From Alphaproteobacteria bacterium (GTDB lineage Bacteria; Pseudomonadota; Alphaproteobacteria; Caulobacterales; Caulobacteraceae): a DNA stretch of 64,000 bases. A model generated the notes under the pieces. That model was not told the origin of the DNA. It saw only the letters and a list, made by a program, of their open reading frames with translations, and made no database searches. A program made the position numbers and the translations under genes. This document shows positions 44,119-54,118 of this stretch, piece after piece. Positions within the stretch are counted from its first letter, which is position 1. Each line of letters opens with the position of its first letter. Location: assembly GCA_018820275.1 (NCBI GenBank), contig JAHJOO010000056.1:25628-89627 (forward strand), read 5' to 3'.

Positions 44119-46865
44119 TGGCACGTAAACGGCCCTATAATCGCCCACCGGGCACGCAGGGACGGGACAATGTGCGGCAGGTGGAGCTTGCCCGGCGCCA
44201 GGCGCTCGTCGCCAAGCTCACAGAGACAGCGACGAAGCGGGCCGCCAATCCAGTCCCACCATTGCAGCCGAAGCCGGAGCAGCCGTCGCGCGACGTGGAC
44301 GGTTACATGGCCGCGATCGCGGCCCATCCGCTTTATCGGCTCGGTGAAAAACACGCCGCAGAGCTCACCCTGACGTACGCGACCCTAGTCCGGTCAGCCG
44401 TTGAGATTGCCGGACAGGGTGACGCCAAGGTCGTGATGCCGTGGCCGCCATCCAAGGTGTCCCCATCGGCAATCGTCTCGCTGCTGACGATCGGCGCGAT
44501 CGGCAGCGCACCCCGCGAACATGTCGAGTTCCAAGGCACGCAGATTCCAAGCCGAGGGCGCGCCGACGAAGTGCGCGCGGTCGTGTTTCCGTACGCCCGC
44601 AGCACACACGCCCAAGCGAGGCAGGTGCAGGTCGATAGGCACGAGTTGGGCCGGATAAACTTCGAACACGTCGCGCGCTATCTCGGCAGCGACAGTGACG
44701 CGGCAAAAGATCTGCATCAGGTTCTCGCACGGGTCCGCCAGCTGAACGGACGCGCGTCTGACGGACGCGAATACGCCGAGTTCGAGCACCCCATCCTTGA
44801 CGAGGTCATTCCCCACGGCCCCGCCGGTGGGGACCGCCCATCCAACAGCTCTGTCCTTTGGCGTACGCGCGCCAAGACCGACATTGGCCGTCAGGCGCGC
44901 TCGGGCGAGGCGGATGATCCCGCCAAAGCCGCATACTTCATGTTCACGGTCCGCCGTGACGACCGGCTGGGCAACGAGCTGCGTGCCATCAAGCGGCCGC
45001 TTGATCTCCTCATCCTCGACCTGTCACGCAACGCTCGGGACCGCATCGGTTGGGACTGGGTGCGACGGGCTGGCGAGATGGTCGCGTCTATGCGGGAGAT
45101 CCACCCCTCGGCAGGCATCCTGGCCGTCGTTGATGATCCATGGTCATATCGCGCAGCCCGTTTTGACGTGCTCGCGAGGAGGCGGACCGGCAAGAATGGC
45201 AAAGCCTTCCCTGCGCATGGAAGCGTCGTCTATTGCCCGACCCCCGGGATACTTCAGGACGTCGGGCAGTGCGCTCCCTCATTCGAAGGTGCGCTGTCCA
45301 TCACTGTTGATGGGTTCTACGGCGACGTCGACCGCAACATCGAGCACCTGCGCGAACTCGCCAACCGCCTATCTGACATGGGGGATTCCGCCGGCGCCGC
45401 GACCGCCCGCAACCTGATGGGGACGGTCCGCCGGTCGGCGAGCTTACCCGGCTCGATCGCCGAGCTAAGCCGCTTTATCGAGCGCGAGACGTCGGCCGCT
45501 ATCGCCGACGACCGTCTCGCGACCTACCGCGCGACCGCCGACATCAGCACTTTGACCGACCCCACCAGCCTCGCGAGTCAGGTCGACGCCGAGAAGGGAG
45601 TGGCGGCTGAAGCCAGGTCTGTGATGCGAACGCTCGACCAGGCAACGCCGATGGCCTCGCTGATCGAGGATGTGATGCAGCCCGCGCTGCGATCGAGCTC
45701 CCGTTCCGTCTTCGTGTTCAGGTCCGACATGATCGCCGAGTTCGCCGCGGATAGGCTGGGCAAGTCGCATCCCAAGCTCGCCGAGCGGATCGGAAGCGGC
45801 GTCATACGCTTTGGCGGCGCACGCGCGCTCAACACCGTCGCCGACGCGCCGGCTTCCGCTCGCAACCAGTTCAAGCGCGCCATCGTCGTCGCCCCCACGA
45901 CGTCGACGATACTGGCCACGCTGGCGGAACCGTGGCTACCCGAGCAGATGGTGTTCCTGGCCGATGCGGATACGCTTGCGTTCGCCGCCCGCGATGCCGC
46001 GCGCCTCGCTAATGAGATCGGCGTTGACGCGCTTGCGGCGCGGCTGCGGACGTTCGCCGAGAAGGCAAACAGCCGCGTAGTGGAGATCGGCCGCCACACG
46101 GTGCAGCTGGATGCGGAGGCACCGTCGGAGGACGTCGAGTTCCCGACCGGTTCGGTAGTCGACCTCACTGGCGGCGGTCGGGGCGAACGCCGGCTGGTCG
46201 AAATCAAGCTCGGCAACGGGCAACGCATCATCGCCCGCCCGTCAACTGGCATGGTCTTGCGGGATGACGGCGCGGCGACGACCACGTTCGTCGAGCGACC
46301 CGCGTCACAGTTAAGACGTGGAGATGAAGTCTGCGTGATCGGAGCTGGGTTCATCGAGCGCGCCCGGTCGCTCGTGAACATCCGCGCGACCGCGGCCGAG
46401 GAAATCCGCGAATACCACAATCAGGTGGCGAAGCGGTTTGCCGCCATACCCGAGGACTCCACGAATGGCCGGCTCCGCGTCCTGGTGGCGCGGATGGGCC
46501 AGCCGGCTGTGCCGATCGAGCGCGCCAGATACTGGATCGACCTGCGTGATGAGATCGACAAGCCGCTCCACGAGGTCGTGCCGCATGCCCCGCAGGACCG
46601 GGACACCTTCATGCGGTTCACAGGGGCGCTCGGGATCGGACAGAAGCTGGCCGAGAGCTTCTGGCTGTGGGCCGTAGTCGCCCAACGTTACCACCGGATG
46701 CGCGCGGGGAACATCTTCCATGACGCCTTCCGCGGCATCCTAACTGATCCCCATGCCGCGCTCGCGAGCAACCGCAACCGGAGCGCCGACATCAGGGCGC
46801 TCCGCGCAATGGCTGAGGAGCACGTCGGGACCGTCGCCAACACGCGGATTATCGAGGCAGTATGA
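44118..46865 (+). CDS. Large uncharacterised protein (915 aa) with no helicase or NTPase motif visible
   Basis: The gene is translationally coupled on both sides (TGATG and ATGA). No Walker A or DEAH motif was found on reading the translation. Confidence 0.7.
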   Translation: MARKRPYNRPPGTQGRDNVRQVELARRQALVAKLTETATKRAANPVPPLQPKPEQPSRDVDGYMAAIAAHPLYRLGEKHAAELTLTYATLVRSAVEIAGQGDAKVVMPWPPSKVSPSAIVSLLTIGAIGSAPREHVEFQGTQIPSRGRADEVRAVVFPYARSTHAQARQVQVDRHELGRINFEHVARYLGSDSDAAKDLHQVLARVRQLNGRASDGREYAEFEHPILDEVIPHGPAGGDRPSNSSVLWRTRAKTDIGRQARSGEADDPAKAAYFMFTVRRDDRLGNELRAIKRPLDLLILDLSRNARDRIGWDWVRRAGEMVASMREIHPSAGILAVVDDPWSYRAARFDVLARRRTGKNGKAFPAHGSVVYCPTPGILQDVGQCAPSFEGALSITVDGFYGDVDRNIEHLRELANRLSDMGDSAGAATARNLMGTVRRSASLPGSIAELSRFIERETSAAIADDRLATYRATADISTLTDPTSLASQVDAEKGVAAEARSVMRTLDQATPMASLIEDVMQPALRSSSRSVFVFRSDMIAEFAADRLGKSHPKLAERIGSGVIRFGGARALNTVADAPASARNQFKRAIVVAPTTSTILATLAEPWLPEQMVFLADADTLAFAARDAARLANEIGVDALAARLRTFAEKANSRVVEIGRHTVQLDAEAPSEDVEFPTGSVVDLTGGGRGERRLVEIKLGNGQRIIARPSTGMVLRDDGAATTTFVERPASQLRRGDEVCVIGAGFIERARSLVNIRATAAEEIREYHNQVAKRFAAIPEDSTNGRLRVLVARMGQPAVPIERARYWIDLRDEIDKPLHEVVPHAPQDRDTFMRFTGALGIGQKLAESFWLWAVVAQRYHRMRAGNIFHDAFRGILTDPHAALASNRNRSADIRALRAMAEEHVGTVANTRIIEAV

Positions 46866-49800
46866 AGGGTCTGTCGAACACGAAGCTGTCTGGGATCGAT
46901 GTCGAGCTCAAGGAAGCGGTCTGCGACGCGCTGGTGAATGCGCTCGTCGAACGCGTGAGCGGCACCGACGAGCGAGGGCAGACGATCTACGGCGGATCGC
47001 CGCGACGTGGAATATTCGCTGGCCAGCTGCTCCCGCGCTTCGACGTCAGCGGCGCCCTCGACGAGACCACCGACATCCGCATCGCCGCGATCGGGATTGA
47101 CTTTGTGGTGGGTGCGAACGGCTCCGCCGCTATCTCAGCGACGCCCCGATTCTCCGTATACGTGCGAGTCATCCCACAGTGGCGCGACCTCTCTGGCGGT
47201 GGCGGCCAGCTCGATTTCGACTTCAAGCTGCAGAAAGCGATCCAGCAGCAGATCGACGCTGCGATCCGCGTCGACCGGACGACCGCCCTGAAGGCCGCCA
47301 ACCTCGAACGGCCCGACTGGAAGGCGATGGACGAGAATCGCCGGTCGAAGGTGCGCGCCGAGCGGGCCCAAATCCTCGCCGATGTGCGCGTCAAGGCCTA
47401 CGCTGCATTCGGGATCAAGCTGGTGTCGGGCGTGCCCGAAGAACCTGCCCCGACCCAAGAGCCCCCGGCAGGAAACGGGGACGCCACCGGGGAATCCACC
47501 GAACAGCCGGCGCCGATCTCGCGTCTCATCCGCGAGGGCCGAGAGCTACCGCTGACGCTCGTCGACCCCGCGCCGATACCGGGCAAGTGGCGGCGGCTCG
47601 ACCTCTCCCTCCCAACCTTTGATTTCGATAGCGAAATGGGGTCGCCGGCCCTCGCCGCCGCGCTCGTCACCTACAATGCCAGCCTCGCGGCGGCGGTGGC
47701 GGCCCAACTCGAAGCGTGGGCTACCGGGGAGGGTGCCGCCGAGGCATGGCGCGACGTCAACGTCTCACCCGGCGACACCTTGGACGAGGCCCGGTGGAAT
47801 GCGGCCGTCGCGGCGCTTGCCACCAGGCCCATCGATCGTACGCGCGTCATCCCTGATCTTTCCCGCATCGCCCTGAAGGTCGAGCGCCAGGTCGACTTCC
47901 TGGATTCCACTCGGCTGTCGCTGCGGATCATGCTGGATAACCAGTCACCCGAGCCCACGCCGCAGGACGCGCGCGGTCGCTGCAACACCGTCTTCGGCGC
48001 CGGACTGACACTCGCCCTTCCCGCCGCCGCGCACCGGCCGCTCCGGCTCGATAGGGTTGAGCCCTCCTACCGCTTCCGCGACCACCTCGACTATCCGGCG
48101 ATCGGGCTCAACTGCGGGGTCGAGGCGGTCGAAGCCGGGGACCTACTCACTCTGGGCACCACCGCCGCCCCTCGCTTCTCGCAACCGCGGATCGTTGCCC
48201 GAAATATTGACCTGCCCTTTCAGTTTGCGATTCTCAAGGATCGGTCCTTCGACGCGAAACGGCTGCTCGAGCTGCCGCGTGCATACAGCGAATGGATAGA
48301 CGGCCAAGAGAAGCGGCTGCGCGACACCGTAACGAAGGGCCTGACACGGGACGATGCGGCGGTCGAAAAGGCTCGTCTGGCGAAGGACATCGCTGCCCAG
48401 CGCGCCGAGGCTCGCTACATCGAGCGCGGCGTCGAGATCCTGATCGCGTCGAAGGAGGCCAGCGACCAATTGGCCGGCAAACCGCCGGGCGATGGGGGCG
48501 ACCTCGCGCGACGCGCCGCGCCCTGGATGGCATGGACGCTCACCAACGAGGCCTTCGCGTTGCGCGATGCGCACGACACGAGCCGAGGCTGGCGCCTGTT
48601 CCAGATGGCGTTCGTGCTCTCCCACATCCCGGTGTTTGCATCCCGCATGGCCGAGTGGCGCGAATTCCACGACTCGATGCTCGACGAGGACGGAGCCAGC
48701 CTGCTCTACTTCCCGACCGGCGGCGGCAAGTCGGAGGCGTTCTACGGCACACTGCTGTTTGCCATGTTCCTCGACCGCCTGCGCGGCAAGGACCGCGGGG
48801 TCACCGCCTTAATCCGCTATCCCCTGCGGCTCCTGACACTCCAACAGGCGCAGCGATTGCTCAAGCTGGTCGTGCGCGCCGAAATGGTGCGCCGTCGCCA
48901 GAAGGTCGGCGGGTGGCCATTCGAGATGGGCTTCTGGGTGGGAAGCCAGAACACGCCTAACCACTATGGTGCGTTTCGCGCCGATATCCCGTTCGCCAAC
49001 GATGCTGACTTCGCTGACGACAGCACGCTCGACGGTGAGACGGGCGACGAAGACCAACGCGCCCGCGGCCGCCGATACGCCGAGGCCCGCGAAGCTTTCG
49101 ACAAGATCCCCGAGTGCCCGGTTTGCGGAGAACCCACTGGTTTGCGGCGGGACGAGAACGAGGGTCCGACCGGGCGGCGCGTGGCCATCGTGTGCTTCAA
49201 CGACAGGTGTGCGTGGAACCGCGAGCACGGCCGGCGACACCCTCTCCCGTTTCTACTGACCGACGATGCCATCTACGCCCGCGCGCCGGCGATTGTGCTC
49301 GGCACCGTCGACAAGCTGGCCATGCTGGGCCAGCATACCGGCACGATCTCCAAGGTGCTCGGCATGTTCGGGCTCGCCCGCCGTGTCGATCAATGGGGGA
49401 ACCTGTATACGCCGCGGCGCGAGGAGGACCTGCGCCGCGATCCGGCCGACGACAACAGCTCGAACGTGCATCCCGCATACGCGGACGGGAAGCGGGTCTT
49501 CCACGATCCGTTCCCGTCGCTGATCATCCAGGACGAGGCGCACCTTCTGGAGGAGAGCCTCGGGACGTTCAGCGGCCTGTTCGACACGCTGCTCGACGCG
49601 GCGTTCGAGGAGATCGCCGAGATGGGCGGCGATGGACTGGACGTTGCCCGGCGATGGACCGGCGACGGCTGGGGCGCTCCTCGGATGCCGAAGGTCATCG
49701 CGGCGACGGCCACAATCTCGGCGCCCGAACGCCAGCTCGAGACACTCTACCAGCGGCACCCGTTGCGCTTCCCCTATCCCGGTCCGGATCTCTACCATTC

Positions 49801-51190
49801 CTTTTTCGCCGAGCCGGCACCGCCGCCGGCCGTGAACCCTGAGCGAGTCGAGCTGGCGAAGCGGCTACCGTTCGCGCAGGCACCCGAGCAGACCGCACCA
49901 TGGATGCGCCTTTACGTGTCGCTGATGACGAACGATGCGACGCACACGGTCACCACGGTCGGGGTGCTAGCCGCGTTCCACGGCATCGTCACGGCGCTGT
50001 GGGACGGCATGATCGCGGACGACCGCCGCGCTACGACCATCGCGTCGATCCGGGCGGCGGTGTCGTCGGGCCGTGCGGGGGACTGGCACCGGGCGGCGGT
50101 CGACCGTGCCCTCGCGGAGGGCCGCCAGGACGAGATCATGGCGCTGGTGGACCTGCACCGGATTGCGCTCGCATACGTTACTAACAAAAAAGGCGGCGAC
50201 CAGATCATTGACGCCCTGAGCGCCGCAGTCGAGCACCAGCATCGCCGCCTCGGCCGCGAGAACTCGCCGTTCGCCAGCCGCCTGATCTCGGGCGGCATCG
50301 ACATGAAGGATATCCAGCGCGTGATGGAGGAGGCCGAGACCTCCTTCGATGGCAAAGACTATCCCGACATCGGCGCGACGGTTCGGAACATCGTCGCAAC
50401 CTCGGCGATCAGCCACGGCGTCGACGTCGACCGCTTCAACAGCATGTTCTTTGCGGGGCTGCCGTCCGACATTGCCGAATACATCCAGGCCTCCAGCCGC
50501 GTCGGCCGCACTCACGTTGGATTCGTGATGCTGCTGCCGACGCCGCAGAACCGGCGTGACCGATACGTTGTGGAGACGCACGACATTTTCCACCGCTTCC
50601 TCGAGCGGATGATCGCGCCGCCCGCTGTCGAGCGCTGGGCGGAGAACGCGATCAAGCGCGCGATGGCGTCGTATGTGCAGGCGTGGGCGATGCTGCGCGA
50701 GGCCCGCGAGTTCATCAGGCAGGACGACGCCAAGAAGCCCGACGTCCTCCAGATGGACCAGGTCAGCCGCCTCGCGTCGCTCGCGCGCCTAAACCACGTC
50801 GCCCTCTGCGAGGAGATCGGCGACTTCATGCTCAGGGCCAGCGGCTACACCGGAAAGGGCCCATCAAAGCTGGGCGCGCCGCACTACGAGGAGTTCTACC
50901 GCGCCCTCGTCGACAAGCAGGTCGACGTGTTCGTCCGCAGCATCGCGAGCCGCGGCACGACCTCGAGCCTGCGGGAATACTGGGATGACCTTCCGGCATT
51001 CCAGAAACCGATGACGTCGCTGCGCGACGTGGACGAGGCCGGCTACATCGTCGCGGCGGGTCGCGACCCGCTCGCGCGCAGCCGATCGACCGACATCGAC
51101 CGTGGACAGCTGGCCGAGGTCATGCGCGCCATCAGGACCCAGCGGGGCACCGCCTCGGACATGGATGCCGACGGAGGAAGCGATGGCTGA
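46862..51190 (+). CDS. DrmA-like superfamily-2 helicase (1442 aa)
   Basis: Motif I FPTGGGKSEAF lies at about 48713-48733 and motif II IIQDEAHLL has its DEAH at 49532-49543. C-terminal helicase motifs are present (ATSAISHGVDVDRF, QASSRVGR), and there is a long N-terminal extension. Confidence 0.85.
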   Translation: MKGLSNTKLSGIDVELKEAVCDALVNALVERVSGTDERGQTIYGGSPRRGIFAGQLLPRFDVSGALDETTDIRIAAIGIDFVVGANGSAAISATPRFSVYVRVIPQWRDLSGGGGQLDFDFKLQKAIQQQIDAAIRVDRTTALKAANLERPDWKAMDENRRSKVRAERAQILADVRVKAYAAFGIKLVSGVPEEPAPTQEPPAGNGDATGESTEQPAPISRLIREGRELPLTLVDPAPIPGKWRRLDLSLPTFDFDSEMGSPALAAALVTYNASLAAAVAAQLEAWATGEGAAEAWRDVNVSPGDTLDEARWNAAVAALATRPIDRTRVIPDLSRIALKVERQVDFLDSTRLSLRIMLDNQSPEPTPQDARGRCNTVFGAGLTLALPAAAHRPLRLDRVEPSYRFRDHLDYPAIGLNCGVEAVEAGDLLTLGTTAAPRFSQPRIVARNIDLPFQFAILKDRSFDAKRLLELPRAYSEWIDGQEKRLRDTVTKGLTRDDAAVEKARLAKDIAAQRAEARYIERGVEILIASKEASDQLAGKPPGDGGDLARRAAPWMAWTLTNEAFALRDAHDTSRGWRLFQMAFVLSHIPVFASRMAEWREFHDSMLDEDGASLLYFPTGGGKSEAFYGTLLFAMFLDRLRGKDRGVTALIRYPLRLLTLQQAQRLLKLVVRAEMVRRRQKVGGWPFEMGFWVGSQNTPNHYGAFRADIPFANDADFADDSTLDGETGDEDQRARGRRYAEAREAFDKIPECPVCGEPTGLRRDENEGPTGRRVAIVCFNDRCAWNREHGRRHPLPFLLTDDAIYARAPAIVLGTVDKLAMLGQHTGTISKVLGMFGLARRVDQWGNLYTPRREEDLRRDPADDNSSNVHPAYADGKRVFHDPFPSLIIQDEAHLLEESLGTFSGLFDTLLDAAFEEIAEMGGDGLDVARRWTGDGWGAPRMPKVIAATATISAPERQLETLYQRHPLRFPYPGPDLYHSFFAEPAPPPAVNPERVELAKRLPFAQAPEQTAPWMRLYVSLMTNDATHTVTTVGVLAAFHGIVTALWDGMIADDRRATTIASIRAAVSSGRAGDWHRAAVDRALAEGRQDEIMALVDLHRIALAYVTNKKGGDQIIDALSAAVEHQHRRLGRENSPFASRLISGGIDMKDIQRVMEEAETSFDGKDYPDIGATVRNIVATSAISHGVDVDRFNSMFFAGLPSDIAEYIQASSRVGRTHVGFVMLLPTPQNRRDRYVVETHDIFHRFLERMIAPPAVERWAENAIKRAMASYVQAWAMLREAREFIRQDDAKKPDVLQMDQVSRLASLARLNHVALCEEIGDFMLRASGYTGKGPSKLGAPHYEEFYRALVDKQVDVFVRSIASRGTTSSLREYWDDLPAFQKPMTSLRDVDEAGYIVAAGRDPLARSRSTDIDRGQLAEVMRAIRTQRGTASDMDADGGSDG

Positions 51191-53417
51191 GGCGAACGGC
51201 GGCACCAAGGACTGGCGCAGCGGCGGCGTTGGACGCAGGCCGTCCGCGTTCGGCGGCGGGCGGAGCGAACCAGATCGCCTCGAACCGCCGACGATGTCGC
51301 GTTCGCGCGTGCAGTTGGCCAGCTCGTATGCGCCGGGCGTGCTCATGACGTGGGAGGGCGGAAAGGGAATCTGCCGAACGGTCCCGCTCGCGAACGACAT
51401 CACCAAGGAGCTTAGGCCGACCACGATCGAGCTGATCTACGAGAATCTGCGCGACTTCGTGACCAACTGGCGCGAACGCGCGATGAAGGCGGTCCCCGAC
51501 GCCCTCCCCGAACTCGTACTCGACGCCCCGTTCCTCAACTCCCGCACGGGCGAGGCGAACCTCGAACGGTCGGACTTCCAGATGACGGGACCGGACCGCG
51601 TCGGATACGTCCCCTATCCGCTGCTGTACCGGTGCGGCGTCTGCGGATCGACCCGCGAATACGAGAGCGTCGCCGACCAATGCCGGCAGCCGCTTCCGAA
51701 GAAGTGCCATGACCACGATGCGCGCTGGACCCAGGTCGATGTCGTCTACGCGCACTGGTCGGGCGACATCCAGCCGCTCAGCCCATTCAACTTCAACTAT
51801 GACGCGCAAAGCGGCGAGGTGCGTCAGATCAGGATGTGCACCTGCGGGTCGAACAGCTTCAAGCTCCTAAACTCGGCACCGGTGTTCTCGGAATGGAAGT
51901 ATGTCTGCGAGGACTGCGGCAACTCGCGCACGCTGAAGAAGGCCAATCCTGATGTGCTCGCGCGCCTGCAGGCGGATCAGCTCGCCGGGGGCCGCACCTT
52001 CCAGTTCGTCGAGGTCGACATGCTGCCGGTATCATACCGGGCCAACTCCACCTTCTACCCCCAGCGCACCAGCTTCATCGAGTTTCAGGATAGTTCGGTC
52101 GTCGACCTGATGACGTCGCAGCGGACCGGCGCTCTGACAGCGAAGCTCGCGCAGATCCACAACATCCCGTTCGATGAACCGACCGACAACGAGATCAGGG
52201 AGAAGGTCGAGGCCTCCCCGGCGCATACGGGAGAATGGGACGATTACTTCGGGTTCATGGCCATGGCCCAGCGCGCGGACGAGAGCGGGCGACCCGATCG
52301 CGCCCGAAATTACCGGGACCAGGCGACCGAACTGCGCGAGGGCTGGTTCGCGGCCGGCATCGTCGACCGAGGTCACCTCGGCAGCCCGGGCGTCCTGCGC
52401 GCGATCGCACTTCGCGAGGAATGGACCCGTCGCTACGACCCGATCCGGCTGACCGTCCAGCACGACGCATTCACCCGCGAGCATATCGACGAGGCTATGT
52501 CGCGGCATGCCGCCGTCGACGTGATGGAGCCTGACATCACGCTGACCGACGTCGTGAACGATCCCGAGAGAAGGGCGCGCTACCAAGCGTCAACCGGCAA
52601 CCTGCTCGCTCACTTGGGCGTGAAGCGCCTTGTACTCGTGAGGGGCCTGCCGATCTGCGAGTTCAGCTTCGGCTATTCCCGCGTCTCCTCGACTCCGGTC
52701 TACAAGCGAGAATACCAGGGACAGAGCATCGATATGCCGGTGCGTCTCAAGGCTTTCGACCAACTTCCTATCCAAGGGACAAAGCGGCCGATCTACGTCA
52801 CGCAGCAGCGGAATGAGGCGCTCTACTTCAAGCTTGACGAGGCGCGCGTCATCCGCTGGCTGAAGGCCAACGCGGTCAGCGACGTGCCCGACGAGGCGCT
52901 GGGTCGCGCGTTTCTCGAGCGCTACGAGGACTTTGGTCCCTTTCTTGAGATGTTCAAGGACCGCGAGGGGACGGGCGGCTACCCGAGGACCGTTCCGGCC
53001 TACGTCTATCTCCTCCTCCACACGCTGTCGCACCAAATGATGCACTCGCTCGCGGACACGTCGGGCATCGATCGCGACGGAACTGGTGAGCACATCTTCC
53101 CCGCCGACCTCGCCTTCGTGATCTACCGAAAGGGGATGACGCCGGACCTTGGCAACATATCCGCGATGTGGCGCAACCATTCCGACGAGTTCCTCCGCCG
53201 GGGGATCGACCCGCGGACGCTGCGGTGCGGCTCGGGCAGCCTGTGCGACGCGCGGGGTGGAGCTTGCCCAGCCTGCATCATGGTGTCGGAGGTGAGTTGC
53301 ATCGCGTCAAACCTTCTGCTGTCGCGCGCCGTGCTCAAGGGCGGGCGAGGACCAGAATGGGAACCTAGGTCGGCTCCCGACCTCGTCGGCTTCCTCGATC
53401 CCGCGGTCGCCGGGTGA
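51183..53417 (+). CDS. DrmB-like DUF1998 protein
   Basis: The C-terminal four-Cys cluster (CGSGSLCDARGGACPACIMVSEVSC) is typical of DUF1998, and there are extra Cys pairs (CGVCGS, CEDCGNS). The ATG at 51183 overlaps the DrmA-like stop. An alternative ATG lies at 51294 (MSRSRVQLASSYAPGV). Confidence 0.8.
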   Translation: MAEANGGTKDWRSGGVGRRPSAFGGGRSEPDRLEPPTMSRSRVQLASSYAPGVLMTWEGGKGICRTVPLANDITKELRPTTIELIYENLRDFVTNWRERAMKAVPDALPELVLDAPFLNSRTGEANLERSDFQMTGPDRVGYVPYPLLYRCGVCGSTREYESVADQCRQPLPKKCHDHDARWTQVDVVYAHWSGDIQPLSPFNFNYDAQSGEVRQIRMCTCGSNSFKLLNSAPVFSEWKYVCEDCGNSRTLKKANPDVLARLQADQLAGGRTFQFVEVDMLPVSYRANSTFYPQRTSFIEFQDSSVVDLMTSQRTGALTAKLAQIHNIPFDEPTDNEIREKVEASPAHTGEWDDYFGFMAMAQRADESGRPDRARNYRDQATELREGWFAAGIVDRGHLGSPGVLRAIALREEWTRRYDPIRLTVQHDAFTREHIDEAMSRHAAVDVMEPDITLTDVVNDPERRARYQASTGNLLAHLGVKRLVLVRGLPICEFSFGYSRVSSTPVYKREYQGQSIDMPVRLKAFDQLPIQGTKRPIYVTQQRNEALYFKLDEARVIRWLKANAVSDVPDEALGRAFLERYEDFGPFLEMFKDREGTGGYPRTVPAYVYLLLHTLSHQMMHSLADTSGIDRDGTGEHIFPADLAFVIYRKGMTPDLGNISAMWRNHSDEFLRRGIDPRTLRCGSGSLCDARGGACPACIMVSEVSCIASNLLLSRAVLKGGRGPEWEPRSAPDLVGFLDPAVAG

Positions 53418-53971
53418 CACGCGAGGTCCTGATATCGCCGAAGGCGACGGCCAGGCTGGTCGTTACAATGCCTCCCGAGCCAAGCAGACTTGGGACCGCA
53501 TTGGCCGAAGACATCGCGAGCGACTACGTCACCCTCACGCCCACAACCGACGCGTTCCGCCACATCGCCTTGCTGGCCCGCGAGCAGCTCACGATCATGG
53601 TCCCATACATCGACTCGGTCGGCGCGGACTGGGCGGCGGAGATGTTCGAAGGCACGACCGCGGCCGAGCGCACGCTCGTGATCAGGGAAGCGGCGCAGCT
53701 CGGCAGGTGCGGCAGCCCGGGACGGCGCCTCGAGCGCGCCGCGACGCGGATCATCGACTATGGCGGGGCGGACCTCAGCCAGGAGACCTTCCACGCCAAG
53801 GTCGTGCTGGCGGACGGTGTCGCCGCATACGTCGGGTCAGCAAACCTGCTAAGGCGCTCGAAGATGGCGAACCTCGAGTGCGGGATGCTTGTCGAGGGTC
53901 CAGCGGTGCAGGCCGTCAAGGTTCTCCTGGATGCCGTGATCTCAGCCGCCAGCCTCTCAAATACACGTTGA
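53414..53971 (+). CDS. DrmC-like PLD-family (HKD) nuclease
   Basis: A single HKD motif FHAKVVLADGVAAYVGSANLLRRS is present, with the His codon at 53792-53794. The GTG start overlaps the previous stop (GTGA). Confidence 0.85.
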   Translation: MTREVLISPKATARLVVTMPPEPSRLGTALAEDIASDYVTLTPTTDAFRHIALLAREQLTIMVPYIDSVGADWAAEMFEGTTAAERTLVIREAAQLGRCGSPGRRLERAATRIIDYGGADLSQETFHAKVVLADGVAAYVGSANLLRRSKMANLECGMLVEGPAVQAVKVLLDAVISAASLSNTR

Positions 53972-54118
53972 CTGTCCCCGCATGCGCGGCTGATTGGTTG
54001 GGCACTCAGTAATCAACAAATCGAAACTTGGGCGAGATCGCGCCACAAGCAGACGTCAGGCTACGGCCGCCCAAGCAGCGGGCTGAAATCTGCCGCCGAT
54101 CACCGCCCGATATTTCCG

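Noticed and set aside
51102-51182. The ORF-track start at 51102 for the DUF1998 gene, which would overlap the helicase gene by 89 nt.
   Set aside because: The ATG at 51183 gives the same compact stop/start overlap as the other junctions in the operon. The upstream extension is Pro/Ser/Arg-rich with no conservation signal.
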